Assembly (NCBI GenBank): GCA_030688685.1
Contig: JAUYJF010000038.1
Coordinates: 1 to 47,188 of the forward strand
Source of the DNA: Candidatus Yanofskybacteria bacterium
Lineage (GTDB): Bacteria; Patescibacteriota; Minisyncoccia; Minisyncoccales; UBA10102
Direction: 5' to 3'
DNA: 47,188 nucleotides
The notes below the pieces were generated by a model, which was not told where the DNA came from, searched no databases, and saw only the letters and a list, made by a program, of their open reading frames with translations. A program made the translations under genes and the position numbers. Every line of letters starts with the position of its first letter. Within the stretch, counting starts at the first letter, position 1. Positions 9,719-19,300 of this stretch are shown here, one piece after another.

Positions 9719-10921
9719 ATGGGTATGACAAACAAAACAGCGCCAGTCAAGACGCCTTTCGTCAGGAAGGTGGAGATCCTCAAACCCTTCAAGGTGGGAG
9801 ACATCGTGGAAGGAGTTGTTGTCGGGATTGGGAGATCAGCGGCATATCTTGATCTTGGTCCCCGCGGAACAGGAATCATCTATGGAAGAGAGTTCATGGA
9901 AGAAAAGGAGCAGCTCAAGGGAATCAAGATGGGAGACGCCATCACAGCCAAAATCGTGGATCTGGAAAATGAGGACGGATATATTGAGCTTTCGCTTCGG
10001 GAAGCGGGAAAACAGATCACCTGGGAAAAACTCAAGGAACAGCGCGAAAAGGAAGAGACCTTCCGCGTGAAGATAACCGGAGCCAATAAAGGAGGGCTGC
10101 TCGCGGAGTTGTACGGAATTCAGGCCTTTCTGCCGGTTTCCCAACTTCACTCAGATCACTACCCAAAGGTAGAGGGAGGAGACCCTTCCCGAATTCTTGA
10201 AGAGCTTCAGAAGTTCATCGGAGAAGACTTTGAAGTCCAAGTATGCGACATTGACGCGGCCGAGAATAAAATCATCCTTTCAGAGCGCGCGAAAGAGCGG
10301 GGACGCATCAAAGAGGTGCTGGAAAAGTATAAAGTGGCGGATGTGGTGGAAGGAACCATCACGGGCATTGTGGATTTTGGGGCGTTCATCGCCTTTCCCG
10401 CGGACGCCCCAGAAACCGACCAGATTGAAGGACTCATTCATATTTCTGAAATTGACTGGCAAATCATTGAAAACCCGGCCCAGTTCCTGAAGGTTGGGGA
10501 AAAAGTGCAGGCGCAGATCATTGATATCTCAAATGACCGCGTTTCCCTTTCCCTGAAGGCAATGAAAGGAGACCCCTGGAAGGGAATTGAAGAAAAGTAC
10601 CAAAAGCTTGACGTGGTTCAAGGAAAAGTCACCAAAATCAATCCGTTTGGAGCGTTTGTGGAAATTGAACCAAAAATACAAGGATTAGCCCATATATCCG
10701 AATTTGGAACCAGAAAGAATATGGAGGATGTCATAGAGCCCCAGAAGACATACGCGTTTCAGATTCTGGAACTGAACGCGCCCGAGCACCGCATGACACT
10801 CAAGCTTGTTGATCAAACAGCCTCCCCTTCCCTCCAAGAAGCCGCCCCTTCCACCAAAAAACCAGGGAAACGTTCACTGCCCCAAGAAGAAGCGCAAGGA
10901 GAAACCCCGGAGGAAAAGTAA
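9719..10921 (+). CDS. rpsA: 30S ribosomal protein S1-like protein (four S1 domains)
   Basis: Repeated S1/OB motifs (GDIVEGVVVG, VVEGTITGIVDFGAFI, VQGKVTKINPFGAFVEI). The C-terminal tail is low-complexity. The start may be 9725. Confidence 0.8.
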   Translation: MGMTNKTAPVKTPFVRKVEILKPFKVGDIVEGVVVGIGRSAAYLDLGPRGTGIIYGREFMEEKEQLKGIKMGDAITAKIVDLENEDGYIELSLREAGKQITWEKLKEQREKEETFRVKITGANKGGLLAELYGIQAFLPVSQLHSDHYPKVEGGDPSRILEELQKFIGEDFEVQVCDIDAAENKIILSERAKERGRIKEVLEKYKVADVVEGTITGIVDFGAFIAFPADAPETDQIEGLIHISEIDWQIIENPAQFLKVGEKVQAQIIDISNDRVSLSLKAMKGDPWKGIEEKYQKLDVVQGKVTKINPFGAFVEIEPKIQGLAHISEFGTRKNMEDVIEPQKTYAFQILELNAPEHRMTLKLVDQTASPSLQEAAPSTKKPGKRSLPQEEAQGETPEEK

Positions 10922-11543
10922 GGAAACCGAGGTTTCCTATCCGCTTTTCGTCTTGAGTAAAGTCTTCAAGAGAAAGCGCGCTCTTTTCCGCGTACTCTTG
11001 CCCAATAATACTATTCTCTGCCTTTGGAGTTCCTCCAATAGGCGTACTCGCGCCCCAATTCTGCGGGTCATTTGCTGAGCGCTCAGGAAATCTCCGTTCC
11101 ATGGAACGCTTCTCTTCGTTATTTCCGGCAAACCAGCCGTCGTCCCGCGCGTCCAATTCCTCAACAACAACTCCTGTGGCGTCACGCAGGAGCACGCGCT
11201 GACCCGCGTTGTGGAGTTTTGCGCCCAGGTTCTGATAATTGACCGTGACTCCTGGAATCTTTTCTGACGCTCCCACCAAGGCATACCCCTTTGGAAAGAT
11301 AGTGCCCGAAAGAGCGATATGGAAATCCAGTTCTGCGCGATACAGCTCAATGCTCCACCCCTGAAGGGAAATGGGCGAATCTGAGCTATTATACAGCTCA
11401 ATCCATTCGTAACGCCATTCCTGTGCTGGATCCACCCCGGGCGCTGGACCCCCCATCCAGGCAATTTCGTTGACAAGAACCTGAGCTGAGGCACTCCAAG
11501 AAAACGCGAGCAACAGAATATTCAAGAGGATTCCTTTTCCCAT
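10800..11543 (-). CDS. lamin tail domain (LTD) surface protein with C-terminal TM anchor
   Basis: Signal peptide, then an LTD signature (LVNEIAWMG...EWIELYNSS...L.GWS), then a C-terminal hydrophobic helix plus basic tail. Confidence 0.7.
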   Translation of the reverse strand: MGKGILLNILLLAFSWSASAQVLVNEIAWMGGPAPGVDPAQEWRYEWIELYNSSDSPISLQGWSIELYRAELDFHIALSGTIFPKGYALVGASEKIPGVTVNYQNLGAKLHNAGQRVLLRDATGVVVEELDARDDGWFAGNNEEKRSMERRFPERSANDPQNWGASTPIGGTPKAENSIIGQEYAEKSALSLEDFTQDEKRIGNLGFLTFPPGFLLALLLGAVNVSLVFWWKGRLLGGKGRLFDQQA

Positions 11544-11610
11544 TCCTCCAGATTACAAAAAATAGAATTACAAAGAAAGAAAGAGGCATACAACAAGTCT
11601 TCATCATCAC

Positions 11611-11639
11611 TGGAAAAAGGTAGAGTTTTCTGCTATATT
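11611..11639 (+). promoter_or_regulatory. candidate ftsH promoter (leaderless geometry)
   Basis: TGGAAA (11611-11616), 17-nt spacer, TATATT (11634-11639). 6 nt separate the -10 box from the ATG at 11646. Confidence 0.4.
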
Positions 11640-11645
11640 GATCCT

Positions 11646-13532
11646 ATGAAATCTCCCCGACTGCTTCAAAGTTTTTCAAAGAATTTTCTCATCGTTGTGC
11701 TTGTTTTGCTGACAATCTCAGCCCTGTTCGCGCTTTTTGCGGAACCCTTTCAGGAAACGGAAGAGATTACCATCACCCAGCTCGCCGAGAACATCCAGCA
11801 GGGGACGGTTCAGCGGATCCTCGTGTCTGGAAACGACCTCTCTGTAACCTATACGGACGGAAGAGAAGCTCAGGCAGTGAAGGAGTCTGAGCTTGGCCTC
11901 TCGCAAACCCTCCTCAACTATGGAGTGCAGCAGGATCAGTTGAGAGGCGTGGAAGTTCTCCAAGAAAAACCCTCGGGATTTTCTCAATGGATAGGACCCC
12001 TCTCGTTTCTCCTTTTCCCCCTTCTCCTGTTTATATTCTTTTTCTGGATGATATTCCGCCAGGCAAAGGGAGGAATTAATCAGGCCTTTGACTTTACCAG
12101 AGCCCGGGCCCGTCTCTTTGGAGGCGAGGGACAAAAAAAGGTGACGTTCGGGGATGTGGCAGGGCTCAAGGAGGCGAAGGAGGAAGTCCAGGAAGTCGTG
12201 GATTTCTTAAAGAATCCTGAGAAATACCTCAAGATGGGAGCAAAAATCCCCAGAGGAGTTCTCTTGGTAGGAGCTCCCGGCACAGGAAAAACGTTACTTG
12301 CAAGGGCGGTTGCGAACGAAGCAGGAGTCGCCTTTTTCTCCGCGTCCGGCTCTGAATTCATTGAGATGTTCGTAGGTGTGGGTTCGAGCAGAGTCCGGGA
12401 TTTGTTCCAGACCGCAAAGAAAGCCGGCCGCAGCATCATTTTTATTGATGAGCTGGATGCCATAGGGCGCATACGCGGAAGCAGCCATATCTCAGGAGGC
12501 GGACACGACGAACGAGAGCAAACGCTCAACCAGATCCTTACGGAAATGGACGGATTTGAGAGAACTGACACGCAGATTGTGATGGCAGCTACAAATCGAC
12601 CTGATGTCCTGGATCCCGCGCTCCTGCGCCCCGGACGGTTTGACCGAAGGATCATTCTTGATCTCCCCGACGTGAATGACCGGGAACAAATCCTCACGAT
12701 TCATGGAAGAGGCAAGCCCTTGGGACCTGATGTTTCCATCCGGGAAATCGCGGAGCGCACCCCCGGGTTTTCGGGCGCTGACTTGGAAAGCTTAATGAAT
12801 GAAGCGGCTATTCTTGCCGCGAGGCGCAATAAGACGCGGGTTGAGCAGAGCGAACTCCTTGAGTCCATTGATAAAGTGCTCCTGGGGCCGGAACGGAAAA
12901 GCCATATCCTTTCTCAGGATGAAAAGCGGGTAACTGCTTTCCATGAGGCGGGGCACGCATTGGTTTCCGCGTCTTTGAAGCACACAGATCCCGTGCGCAA
13001 GGTTTCCATTATCTCCAGAGGAAGAGCGGGAGGGTATACGCTCAACCTGCCTACCGAAGAAAAGCATCTGAAAACGCGTTCTGAGTTCGTTGATGAAATG
13101 GCAGTGCTCCTGGGAGGATACGCGGCAGAACATCTCGTGTTTCATGAAGTCACCACGGGAGCAAGCAATGACCTGGAAAAAGCGTCGGAGATAGCACGGC
13201 GCCTTGTGAAAGAATTCGGCATGTCAGAGAAACTCGGCCCTGTTACCTATGGAGAGCGGGACGGGTCGCCCTTCCTGGGAGGGGGATTTGGAGAAACCAA
13301 AAACTATTCTGACGCGGTTGCCGCAACCATAGACAAGGAGGTGGCAACTCTTCTGGAGAACGCGAGAAAGACCGCGGAAAAGGTTATCCGCCAAAAGCGA
13401 ATCACTCTTGAAAAAATAGCTCAGGTATTAATACAGAAGGAAACCATTGAGCGGGAGGAATTTGAGAAGTTGGTTGGGACAAAAAAGCAAGGAAAGAGGG
13501 CTGTTGGAAAAAAAGCTCCAGCTCCTGTATAA
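11646..13532 (+). CDS. ftsH: ATP-dependent zinc metalloprotease FtsH
   Basis: Two N-terminal TM helices, Walker [12 protein letters not shown] second region of homology, and the HEAGH zinc site. Confidence 0.95.
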   Translation: MKSPRLLQSFSKNFLIVVLVLLTISALFALFAEPFQETEEITITQLAENIQQGTVQRILVSGNDLSVTYTDGREAQAVKESELGLSQTLLNYGVQQDQLRGVEVLQEKPSGFSQWIGPLSFLLFPLLLFIFFFWMIFRQAKGGINQAFDFTRARARLFGGEGQKKVTFGDVAGLKEAKEEVQEVVDFLKNPEKYLKMGAKIPRGVLLVGAPGTGKTLLARAVANEAGVAFFSASGSEFIEMFVGVGSSRVRDLFQTAKKAGRSIIFIDELDAIGRIRGSSHISGGGHDEREQTLNQILTEMDGFERTDTQIVMAATNRPDVLDPALLRPGRFDRRIILDLPDVNDREQILTIHGRGKPLGPDVSIREIAERTPGFSGADLESLMNEAAILAARRNKTRVEQSELLESIDKVLLGPERKSHILSQDEKRVTAFHEAGHALVSASLKHTDPVRKVSIISRGRAGGYTLNLPTEEKHLKTRSEFVDEMAVLLGGYAAEHLVFHEVTTGASNDLEKASEIARRLVKEFGMSEKLGPVTYGERDGSPFLGGGFGETKNYSDAVAATIDKEVATLLENARKTAEKVIRQKRITLEKIAQVLIQKETIEREEFEKLVGTKKQGKRAVGKKAPAPV

Positions 13533-13546
13533 TACTGTCCGAGGGG

Positions 13547-13620
13547 GGGCGCGTAGCTCAGCTGGTTAGAGCATCCGGCTTATATCCGGACGGTCCCTGG
13601 TTCGAATCCAGGCGCGCCCA
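13547..13620 (+). tRNA. tRNA-Ile(UAU)
   Basis: Acceptor GGGCGCG/CGCGCCC, anticodon stem TCCGG/CCGGA, loop CTTATAT (anticodon TAT), T-loop TTCGAAT. No encoded CCA. Confidence 0.8.
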
Positions 13621-13626
13621 CTTGAT

Positions 13627-13703
13627 GGGCGGTTAGCTCAGTTGGTTAGAGCGCAGCATTGACATTGCTGAGGTGACAGGTTCGAATCCTGTACCGCCCA
13701 CCA
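13627..13703 (+). tRNA. tRNA-Val(GAC)
   Basis: Acceptor GGGCGGT/ACCGCCC, anticodon loop TTGACAT, T-loop TTCGAAT. CCA is encoded. Confidence 0.9.
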
Positions 13704-13705
13704 GT

Positions 13706-14410
13706 ATGGACTTGAATATTCTCCACGAAAATGCTACTCTTCTGGTTGTAGACAAGCCAGCAGGCATTCCCGTCTGGCAAGAAGAACCTTACCAAGGAAC
13801 CACGCTTGCGCAAGAATTGGCACAGCTGCGCCCGGAACTCCAGGATTTGAATCGGCATGGAATTGTGCACAGGCTCGACAAGGATACTTCAGGAGTGCTT
13901 CTGGTGGCAAAAACCCCAGATGCCTTGGAGTACTTTCAGAGGCAATTCAAGGAACACTCGGTCCAGAAGACCTACCAGTGTTTGGTGACAGGGTCACCCG
14001 GCAAGGACGCCGGGGAAATCCGCACCTTCATTGGGAGGGCTCCGAGCGATCGAAGGAAGCAGAAAGCATTTCCCCAAGAAGGTCCGGGAAGAAGGGAAGC
14101 AATTACAGAATTCCGGGTCTTGGAACGATTTCCCGGATTCGCGCTCCTGAAGGTAGTGCCCAAAACAGGCAGAAAGCATCAGATCCGGGCGCATATGACT
14201 TATCTTGGTCATCCCCTCGCGGGAGATAAACTGTATTCGTTTAAGAATCAACAGGTCCCTGAGGGCTTAGGACGACACTTTCTCCACGCGTATTCCCTTG
14301 AAGTTCAAATGGAGGATGGGAGCAGAGAAGAGTTCATCTCCCCTCTCCCAGAAGACTTACAATCAGTCTTAGAAATATTACAAAAGAAATCCCATGGAAA
14401 CAGCAACTGA
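13706..14410 (+). CDS. RluA-family pseudouridine synthase (no S4 domain)
   Basis: Catalytic motif [16 protein letters not shown] moved the start to the ATG at 13706 because the track ORF (13673) overlaps tRNA-Val. Confidence 0.85.
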   Translation: MDLNILHENATLLVVDKPAGIPVWQEEPYQGTTLAQELAQLRPELQDLNRHGIVHRLDKDTSGVLLVAKTPDALEYFQRQFKEHSVQKTYQCLVTGSPGKDAGEIRTFIGRAPSDRRKQKAFPQEGPGRREAITEFRVLERFPGFALLKVVPKTGRKHQIRAHMTYLGHPLAGDKLYSFKNQQVPEGLGRHFLHAYSLEVQMEDGSREEFISPLPEDLQSVLEILQKKSHGNSN

Positions 14411-14750
14411 AACAATTACCAAAGCGCAGCTGAAGCAAGATCTTCCGGATATAAAACCGGGGGACACTATTCGCGTACACCAAAAAGTAAAAGAGGGCGC
14501 GAAAGAGCGCATCCAAGTATTTGAGGGTACTGTTCTCGCGCAGAAACACGGGAGAGGACTGAACGCGACCATGACCGTGCGTAAGATAAGCATGGGGGTT
14601 GGGGTTGAGCGCATCTTCCCCATCCATTCCCCCTCAATTACAAAGATTGAAGTAATGAAGCGCAGTAAGGTGCGAAGGGCGAAGCTCTACTATCTAAGAG
14701 ACGCAAAGGGAGCGCGTGCTCGCTTGAAAGCAGTGGACACAAAGAAATAG
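14394..14750 (+). CDS. rplS: 50S ribosomal protein L19
   Basis: 118 aa with [29 protein letters not shown], typical of L19. Confidence 0.9.
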   Translation: METATETITKAQLKQDLPDIKPGDTIRVHQKVKEGAKERIQVFEGTVLAQKHGRGLNATMTVRKISMGVGVERIFPIHSPSITKIEVMKRSKVRRAKLYYLRDAKGARARLKAVDTKK

Positions 14751-14760
14751 GGATACGCTT

Positions 14761-14844
14761 GCGGACGTGGTGAAATTGGCAAACACGCTACCTTGAGGGG
14801 GTAGTGGGCGCAAGCCCTTGGAGGTTCAAGTCCTCTCGTCCGCA
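14761..14844 (+). tRNA. tRNA-Leu(GAG)
   Basis: Acceptor GCGGACG/CGTCCGC, anticodon loop TTGAGGG, long variable arm, T-loop TTCAAGT. Confidence 0.85.
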
Positions 14845-14852
14845 CAGATAGA

Positions 14853-14878
14853 AACCGCTCTTTGCGAGCGGCTTTTGC
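14853..14878 (+). terminator. terminator-like hairpin after tRNA-Leu
   Basis: ccgctc/gagcgg stem followed by cttttgctt. Confidence 0.45.
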
Positions 14879-14907
14879 TTGAAAAACTCAATCATATACG
14901 GTATGAT
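14879..14907 (+). promoter_or_regulatory. sigma70-like promoter of the Val-like/Phe/Gly tRNA cluster
   Basis: TTGAAA (14879-14884), 17-nt spacer, TATGAT (14902-14907), about 12 nt before the first tRNA. Confidence 0.55.
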
Positions 14908-14918
14908 AGGTTCGTTAC

Positions 14919-14992
14919 GGGCGGTTAGCTGAGCTGGCTAGAGCGAGTCGTTTACAGCGAGTAGGCAGGGGTTTCGAGTCACTCACCGCCCA
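14919..14992 (+). tRNA. tRNA-Val(UAC)-like gene with aberrant T-arm (possibly a pseudo- or non-canonical tRNA)
   Basis: Acceptor GGGCGGT/ACCGCCC is identical to tRNA-Val(GAC). Anticodon loop is TTTACAG. The anticodon stem has a G-G mismatch. The T-stem GGGGT/CACTC loses the 52-62 and 53-61 pairs. Confidence 0.5.
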
Positions 14993-15033
14993 CAGAATTG
15001 AAAGAAAGAAGAGGTTCACTACAATAGACGTAT

Positions 15034-15105
15034 GCCGCGGTAGCTCAGTGGTGGAGCGCATCCCTGAAGAGGATGGCGTCGGGTGTTCGATTCACCCCCG
15101 CGGCA
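15034..15105 (+). tRNA. tRNA-Phe(GAA)
   Basis: Acceptor GCCGCGG/CCGCGGC, anticodon stem CATCC/GGATG, loop CTGAAGA, T-loop TTCGATT. Confidence 0.9.
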
Positions 15106-15165
15106 CCCTTCGTTCGTTTGCGAATATTGCGGGCCTGCCCGCCGTAGCTCGCATAGCGAGCGTAG

Positions 15166-15239
15166 GCGGGTGTAGCATAGTGGTAATGCATCTGGTTGCC
15201 AATCAGAGTATGTGGGTTCGATTCCCATCACCCGCTCCA
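15166..15239 (+). tRNA. tRNA-Gly(GCC)
   Basis: Acceptor GCGGGTG/CACCCGC, anticodon loop TTGCCAA, T-loop TTCGATT. CCA is encoded. Confidence 0.9.
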
Positions 15240-15264
15240 AGCGCAGCAGCGCGAATGTACCAAC

Positions 15265-15293
15265 GCAAGACCGCCCCAAGAGGGCGGTTTTGC
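15265..15293. terminator. bidirectional hairpin terminator
   Basis: gcaagaccgccc pairs with gggcggttttgc. It sits between the convergent tRNA cluster and the minus-strand membrane-protein gene. Confidence 0.55.
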
Positions 15294-15294
15294 G

Positions 15295-15837
15295 TTATGC
15301 CTTAGCAGGACTCACCCGGTACGCGCGCTGGCGTAAGAGGTACGCGGCGTATTCGTACGCCCCAAAGAACAAACCTACATAGAGAGCGTCTCCGACAAGG
15401 GTATTCCGAAAGAATGGTATTGCCATGGTGTAGGAAGCCACAAGACCCTCAAGGGTGGCAGGATACAGGGGAGAGAACGCCCATGTGGCAAAGTTTGTAG
15501 TAAGGTAGAACAGCGTAGACCCTGTTAGCGTTGCTAATATGATGGTTCCCGGTGCTTTTCGTTTGCTTATCAAAAAGCCGATACCAGCTATGCCAACAAA
15601 ACTCGCGTACACAGATCCCATAACCTGCCACTCGTATGTTCCAAAAAAGATGTCTGAAAGCAGCATAAGAGGAATGGGAGCGAGCAAAAACCACTTTGAA
15701 AGACGCGAGGCATATACGCCAGCAAACAGAGCAAACGCTCCCACTGGAGCAACATTCGGAATATCTATGAGGAGTCGTCCCGCGATACTTAGGAGAAATA
15801 ACGCTCCAAAAAAGAAGAGGAGAAATTTACTATTCAT
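15295..15837 (-). CDS. small polytopic membrane protein, candidate vitamin (cobalamin) uptake component
   Basis: 180 aa with ~6 TM helices and the size and shape of an ECF S-component or BtuM-like protein. It is the last gene of the B12-dependent nrd operon, and its start overlaps the adenosyltransferase stop by 8 nt. The function is inferred from context only. Confidence 0.45.
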   Translation of the reverse strand: MNSKFLLFFFGALFLLSIAGRLLIDIPNVAPVGAFALFAGVYASRLSKWFLLAPIPLMLLSDIFFGTYEWQVMGSVYASFVGIAGIGFLISKRKAPGTIILATLTGSTLFYLTTNFATWAFSPLYPATLEGLVASYTMAIPFFRNTLVGDALYVGLFFGAYEYAAYLLRQRAYRVSPAKA

Positions 15838-16369
15838 ATTTTGGTTTTGATTCTTTTACTTCTTCACTGAATACCTGAAGCCGAGCTAAAGCAAAGAAAT
15901 AACTGGAAAGACGGTTCAAATACGTGAGAATTTCCTGGGGCAGCGGATTCTCCTTGTGGAGGCGAAATACGGCGCGCTCCACGCGGCGGGACACGGCGCG
16001 CAGAATATCAAGCTGGGCGGATACCGGGTCAGCTCCCGGGATGACAAAGCCTCGTTCTGGCTGCAGCTTTGCTTCAATCTCTTCAATTGCCTGTTCTAGT
16101 TCCCGTATTTTGGATTCTGCAAGTTCCGGTCCAGGATACTCTGGGGCAAGCAAATGCCCCACCCGGGCTTGAATGATAAACAGCGTCTCCTGAACATTCT
16201 TCAGCTGACGCCCCAACTCTGTTCCCTTGTAGCTCCTTACCCATCCAATGAAGCTATTGAGTTCGTCCAGCTCACCAAGCGCCTCAAGAACAGGGGAATC
16301 CTTCGGGTATTTCTTTGCGCCAATATGGGATTCCCCCTGATCTCCTTTCCCGGTGTAGAAGAACCCCAT
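15830..16369 (-). CDS. PduO-type ATP:cob(I)alamin adenosyltransferase
   Basis: N-terminus MGFFYTGKGDQGES and a helical-bundle body typical of the PduO/MMAB family. I trimmed the start to the ATG at 16369; the track extension to 16504 lies inside the RNR gene. Confidence 0.8.
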   Translation of the reverse strand: MGFFYTGKGDQGESHIGAKKYPKDSPVLEALGELDELNSFIGWVRSYKGTELGRQLKNVQETLFIIQARVGHLLAPEYPGPELAESKIRELEQAIEEIEAKLQPERGFVIPGADPVSAQLDILRAVSRRVERAVFRLHKENPLPQEILTYLNRLSSYFFALARLQVFSEEVKESKPKYE

Positions 16370-16370
16370 A

Positions 16371-19300
16371 TTAGCTGCAGCGGCTGAATCCGCAGCCATG
16401 GCAACTAATGCATCCTTCTTGCATGGTAAGAACATTCCCGCATTCAGGGCATCCGGGCATAAAGCCAAAGTCTGCCATGGATTTCTTGCTCCCTTCTTTC
16501 GCAAACGCGAGAACTTCTTGGTTTTCCGGGCGTTTCAGTACGTCCTCCACCTCCCGCACAGACCCGATGTGCTCTTTGAGTACCTTTCCGATAGCATCGG
16601 GGAGAGAGAGCACCGTTCCCTTATTCGTAAAGATGGGCATAGGGCCGCGGATTCCTTCAATGCTGTCAATGACCTCCTTCACTTCAACACCAGCTCGCAG
16701 CGAAAGAGAGATAAGGCGCGTAATGGCTTCCGTTTGTTCCTGGAAGAACCCTCCCGATTTTCCAATAGTCGCGAACACCTCAAAGGGCTCTCCGCGCTCG
16801 TCATTATTGATTGTGATGAACAAGCTCCCATACCCGGTTTTCATCTTGTAGGTCTGCCCCGTCATTACGTCCGGGCGCGGACGCACGAAAGGCTTGTTGA
16901 AATCTCCTCCTGAAGAATTGGCATTGCTGTTCTCGTCCTCCTTTCTTTTATTGGGAAGTTCCGTGGGAGCAACGATATTGTCTCCTTTCCCAACATTCAG
17001 AATTTGGATCATTCTGCTTCCGTCCCGGTATACCGTTGCCGCCTTGCATCCGAGCTTCCAGGCGGACACAAATGCGTCCGCTACGTCTTCCCTCGTGGCC
17101 TCGTTCTTAAAGTTAATGGTTTTTGAAATGGAGTTGTCCACATTCCTTTGAAAAGCGGCCTGCATCTCCATGTGGGAGCTCCCCGCAATGTCCATGGCAA
17201 CCACAAACACGTTTTTTAGTTCCTGTGGAAGCCCTTCAATATCTTGAATGGATCCCTTGTCAATAACTTCATCCAAAATACGGCTTTTTTCCTCCTCGCC
17301 CAGATGCAGTGCTTCCAGGGCTTTCTGGAAAAAGCGGTTAAAGTATCGGTACTGAAAACCGTCTTTATCTTGCTTTACATATGCCAGAGCAAAATTCGGT
17401 TCAATGCCAGAGGACGTGTCAAACATCATGGCAATGGAACCTGTAGGGGCAACGGTTGTAAGGGCGGCATTGCGCATCTTGATGTTCTGCTTTGCGAAAA
17501 CACTCTTCTCGTGATTCGGGAATGCTCCCTTTTCCACAGCTAACTCCTGGGACATCTTGTGGGCCTCTTCATTAATGAACCCCATAACCTTCTCTGCCAT
17601 AGCAAACCCTTCCTTGGAGTTATATGGAATCCTCAGCTGATAGAGCATATCCGCGAACCCCATGATCCCCAGGCCGATGCGCCGGTTTTTCAGCGCCAGC
17701 TCCGTAACCTGCTCCACGGGAAAATCAAACTTATCAATGACGTTGTCCATGAGCCGCACGGCGGTTTTCGTGGAAAAACGCAGGCGCTCCCAATTCACAT
17801 TTCCATCCTTTACAAACTCGGCAAGATTGATGGAACCAAGGTTGCAATTGTCATACGGGTGAAGAAACTGTTCACCGCAAGGATTAGAAACAGCGATAGA
17901 ACCTAACCCCGGAAGAGGGTTGGTCTTGTTCACGGTATCAATAAACGCGATGCCGGGCTCCCCGTTTGTCCAAGCGCCCTCCACAAGCTTATCAAACAAC
18001 TCCTGCACGGTGATATCTATCTCTTCCGCGTCATACACCGCTCCATTTGGATGACGGAGAACCTTGTGAGGTTTCATCTTATTCCCCTTAAAGGTGCTAT
18101 ACCAGAGCTGGGCTGGATCTTCTTGGAGCTGCTTCATGAACTCATCGGTCACGGTAACAGAGATATTGAAGTTCCGGATTTCCCCTTCATTCTTTTTGCA
18201 GTCAATGAAGTCCAGGATATCCGGGTGGTCAACGCGCATCATGGCCATATTTGCTCCGTGCCTACTGTTACTTGTGTACAAGCCGGCGTTAATCATGTGA
18301 ATATCTTCCACTTCAAAATCATAGACCTCTTGTTTGCCTGCTTGCTCAATGCTCTTCATTTTGACAGGCAAAAAGCCGGTCCAGTCAATCTTTTGCTGAA
18401 CAACTGCTTCTGCCTGCCGCAAAAGCGCCTGCGCCTGAATCTGAGAGAGGATAGAATGACTAATCGTACTGCGCACCCCGTCGTGCAGCCGCTTAATATC
18501 CAGCCACGAATAACCGAGATCGCGCACAGGATGGAACGGGAAAATCCAGCCAAAATCCTTTGTCTCTTCCTTTTTCTGGATTTTCCAGGAGTGAAAAGAA
18601 AGCTTTTCGTAGAATCGGTGGGTAGAATCTTTTCCTATGACCCCCACACGGTACACAATTCTCCAGTTTGCCCTCCTCTGCTCTTGCTTGATTTTCGCTC
18701 CAATGCTATTGGCAATGAGCATGAGCTGGAGCTGCTGAGCAAACGTTTTGCTGGATGTATTTAAACGATAGTTCTTTCCGTTGTCGCCATCACCATCAAA
18801 GAACCCCGCGATAAATGCCATCTGCACTGAGCTGGGAGATCGAAAGATTTTCTCTGGTACTTCTATTTCATAAGCATACTGCTTGAGAAGATTATTCTTC
18901 TGGAAAAATCGTTTAAGCATCTGGGAACTCACATGGAACTTTCGACACCCATCATAATGTTTCTCAAGAAAAGGCGTAATGCCAAACAAGTTCGCTACTA
19001 AACTCCGGAAGCCCTTTTCTTCGGAATCCGCATCATGTATCGCTATCCGTATTCCTTGGGAATCGTTGTTTCCATCCGAATAATACAGTCCAAGAAAGTA
19101 CGCCAACTTTTCGTCCAGTACTTCTGGCTGACGAATTACGCGAGCCCTTGATGAGCTGATTTCCACTTGTTCCAGTTCTTGAAACCCGCGGTTCGCATCA
19201 GCATTATCTCCGAGCTTCATAAGCAGCACATCTTCTGCTGTGAGGTCTTTCACCTGTTTGAGCGCGATTGCTCCATTCTGAATAACCGCCACCTTGTGAT

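Noticed and set aside
12080-12697. 205-aa minus-strand ORF within ftsH.
   Set aside because: It is antisense to the AAA domain of ftsH and has no recognisable motifs. It is a shadow ORF.
15019-15305. ORFs covering the tRNA clusters: 15019-15279, 15048-15305, 21108-21455, 21259-21657, 23351-23554, 36170-36367 and 46519-46767.
   Set aside because: They are composed largely of tRNA gene sequence or its complement, so they are not coding.
16370-16504. N-terminal extensions proposed by the ORF track: PduO gene to 16504, rluA-family to 13673, MBL to 9731, pilN to 27694, fimT-like to 31885, surface protein to 6520 (TTG), small pilin to 5223, and 3D-domain gene to 20696.
   Set aside because: The extensions overlap upstream genes, tRNAs or promoters. 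Internal ATGs give canonical N-termini, such as signal peptides, the prepilin leader and the PduO YTGKGD start.
18051-18764. 237-aa plus-strand ORF opposite the nrdJ/intein junction.
   Set aside because: It is antisense to an uninterrupted reading frame that carries both extein and intein motifs. Nothing supports independent coding.
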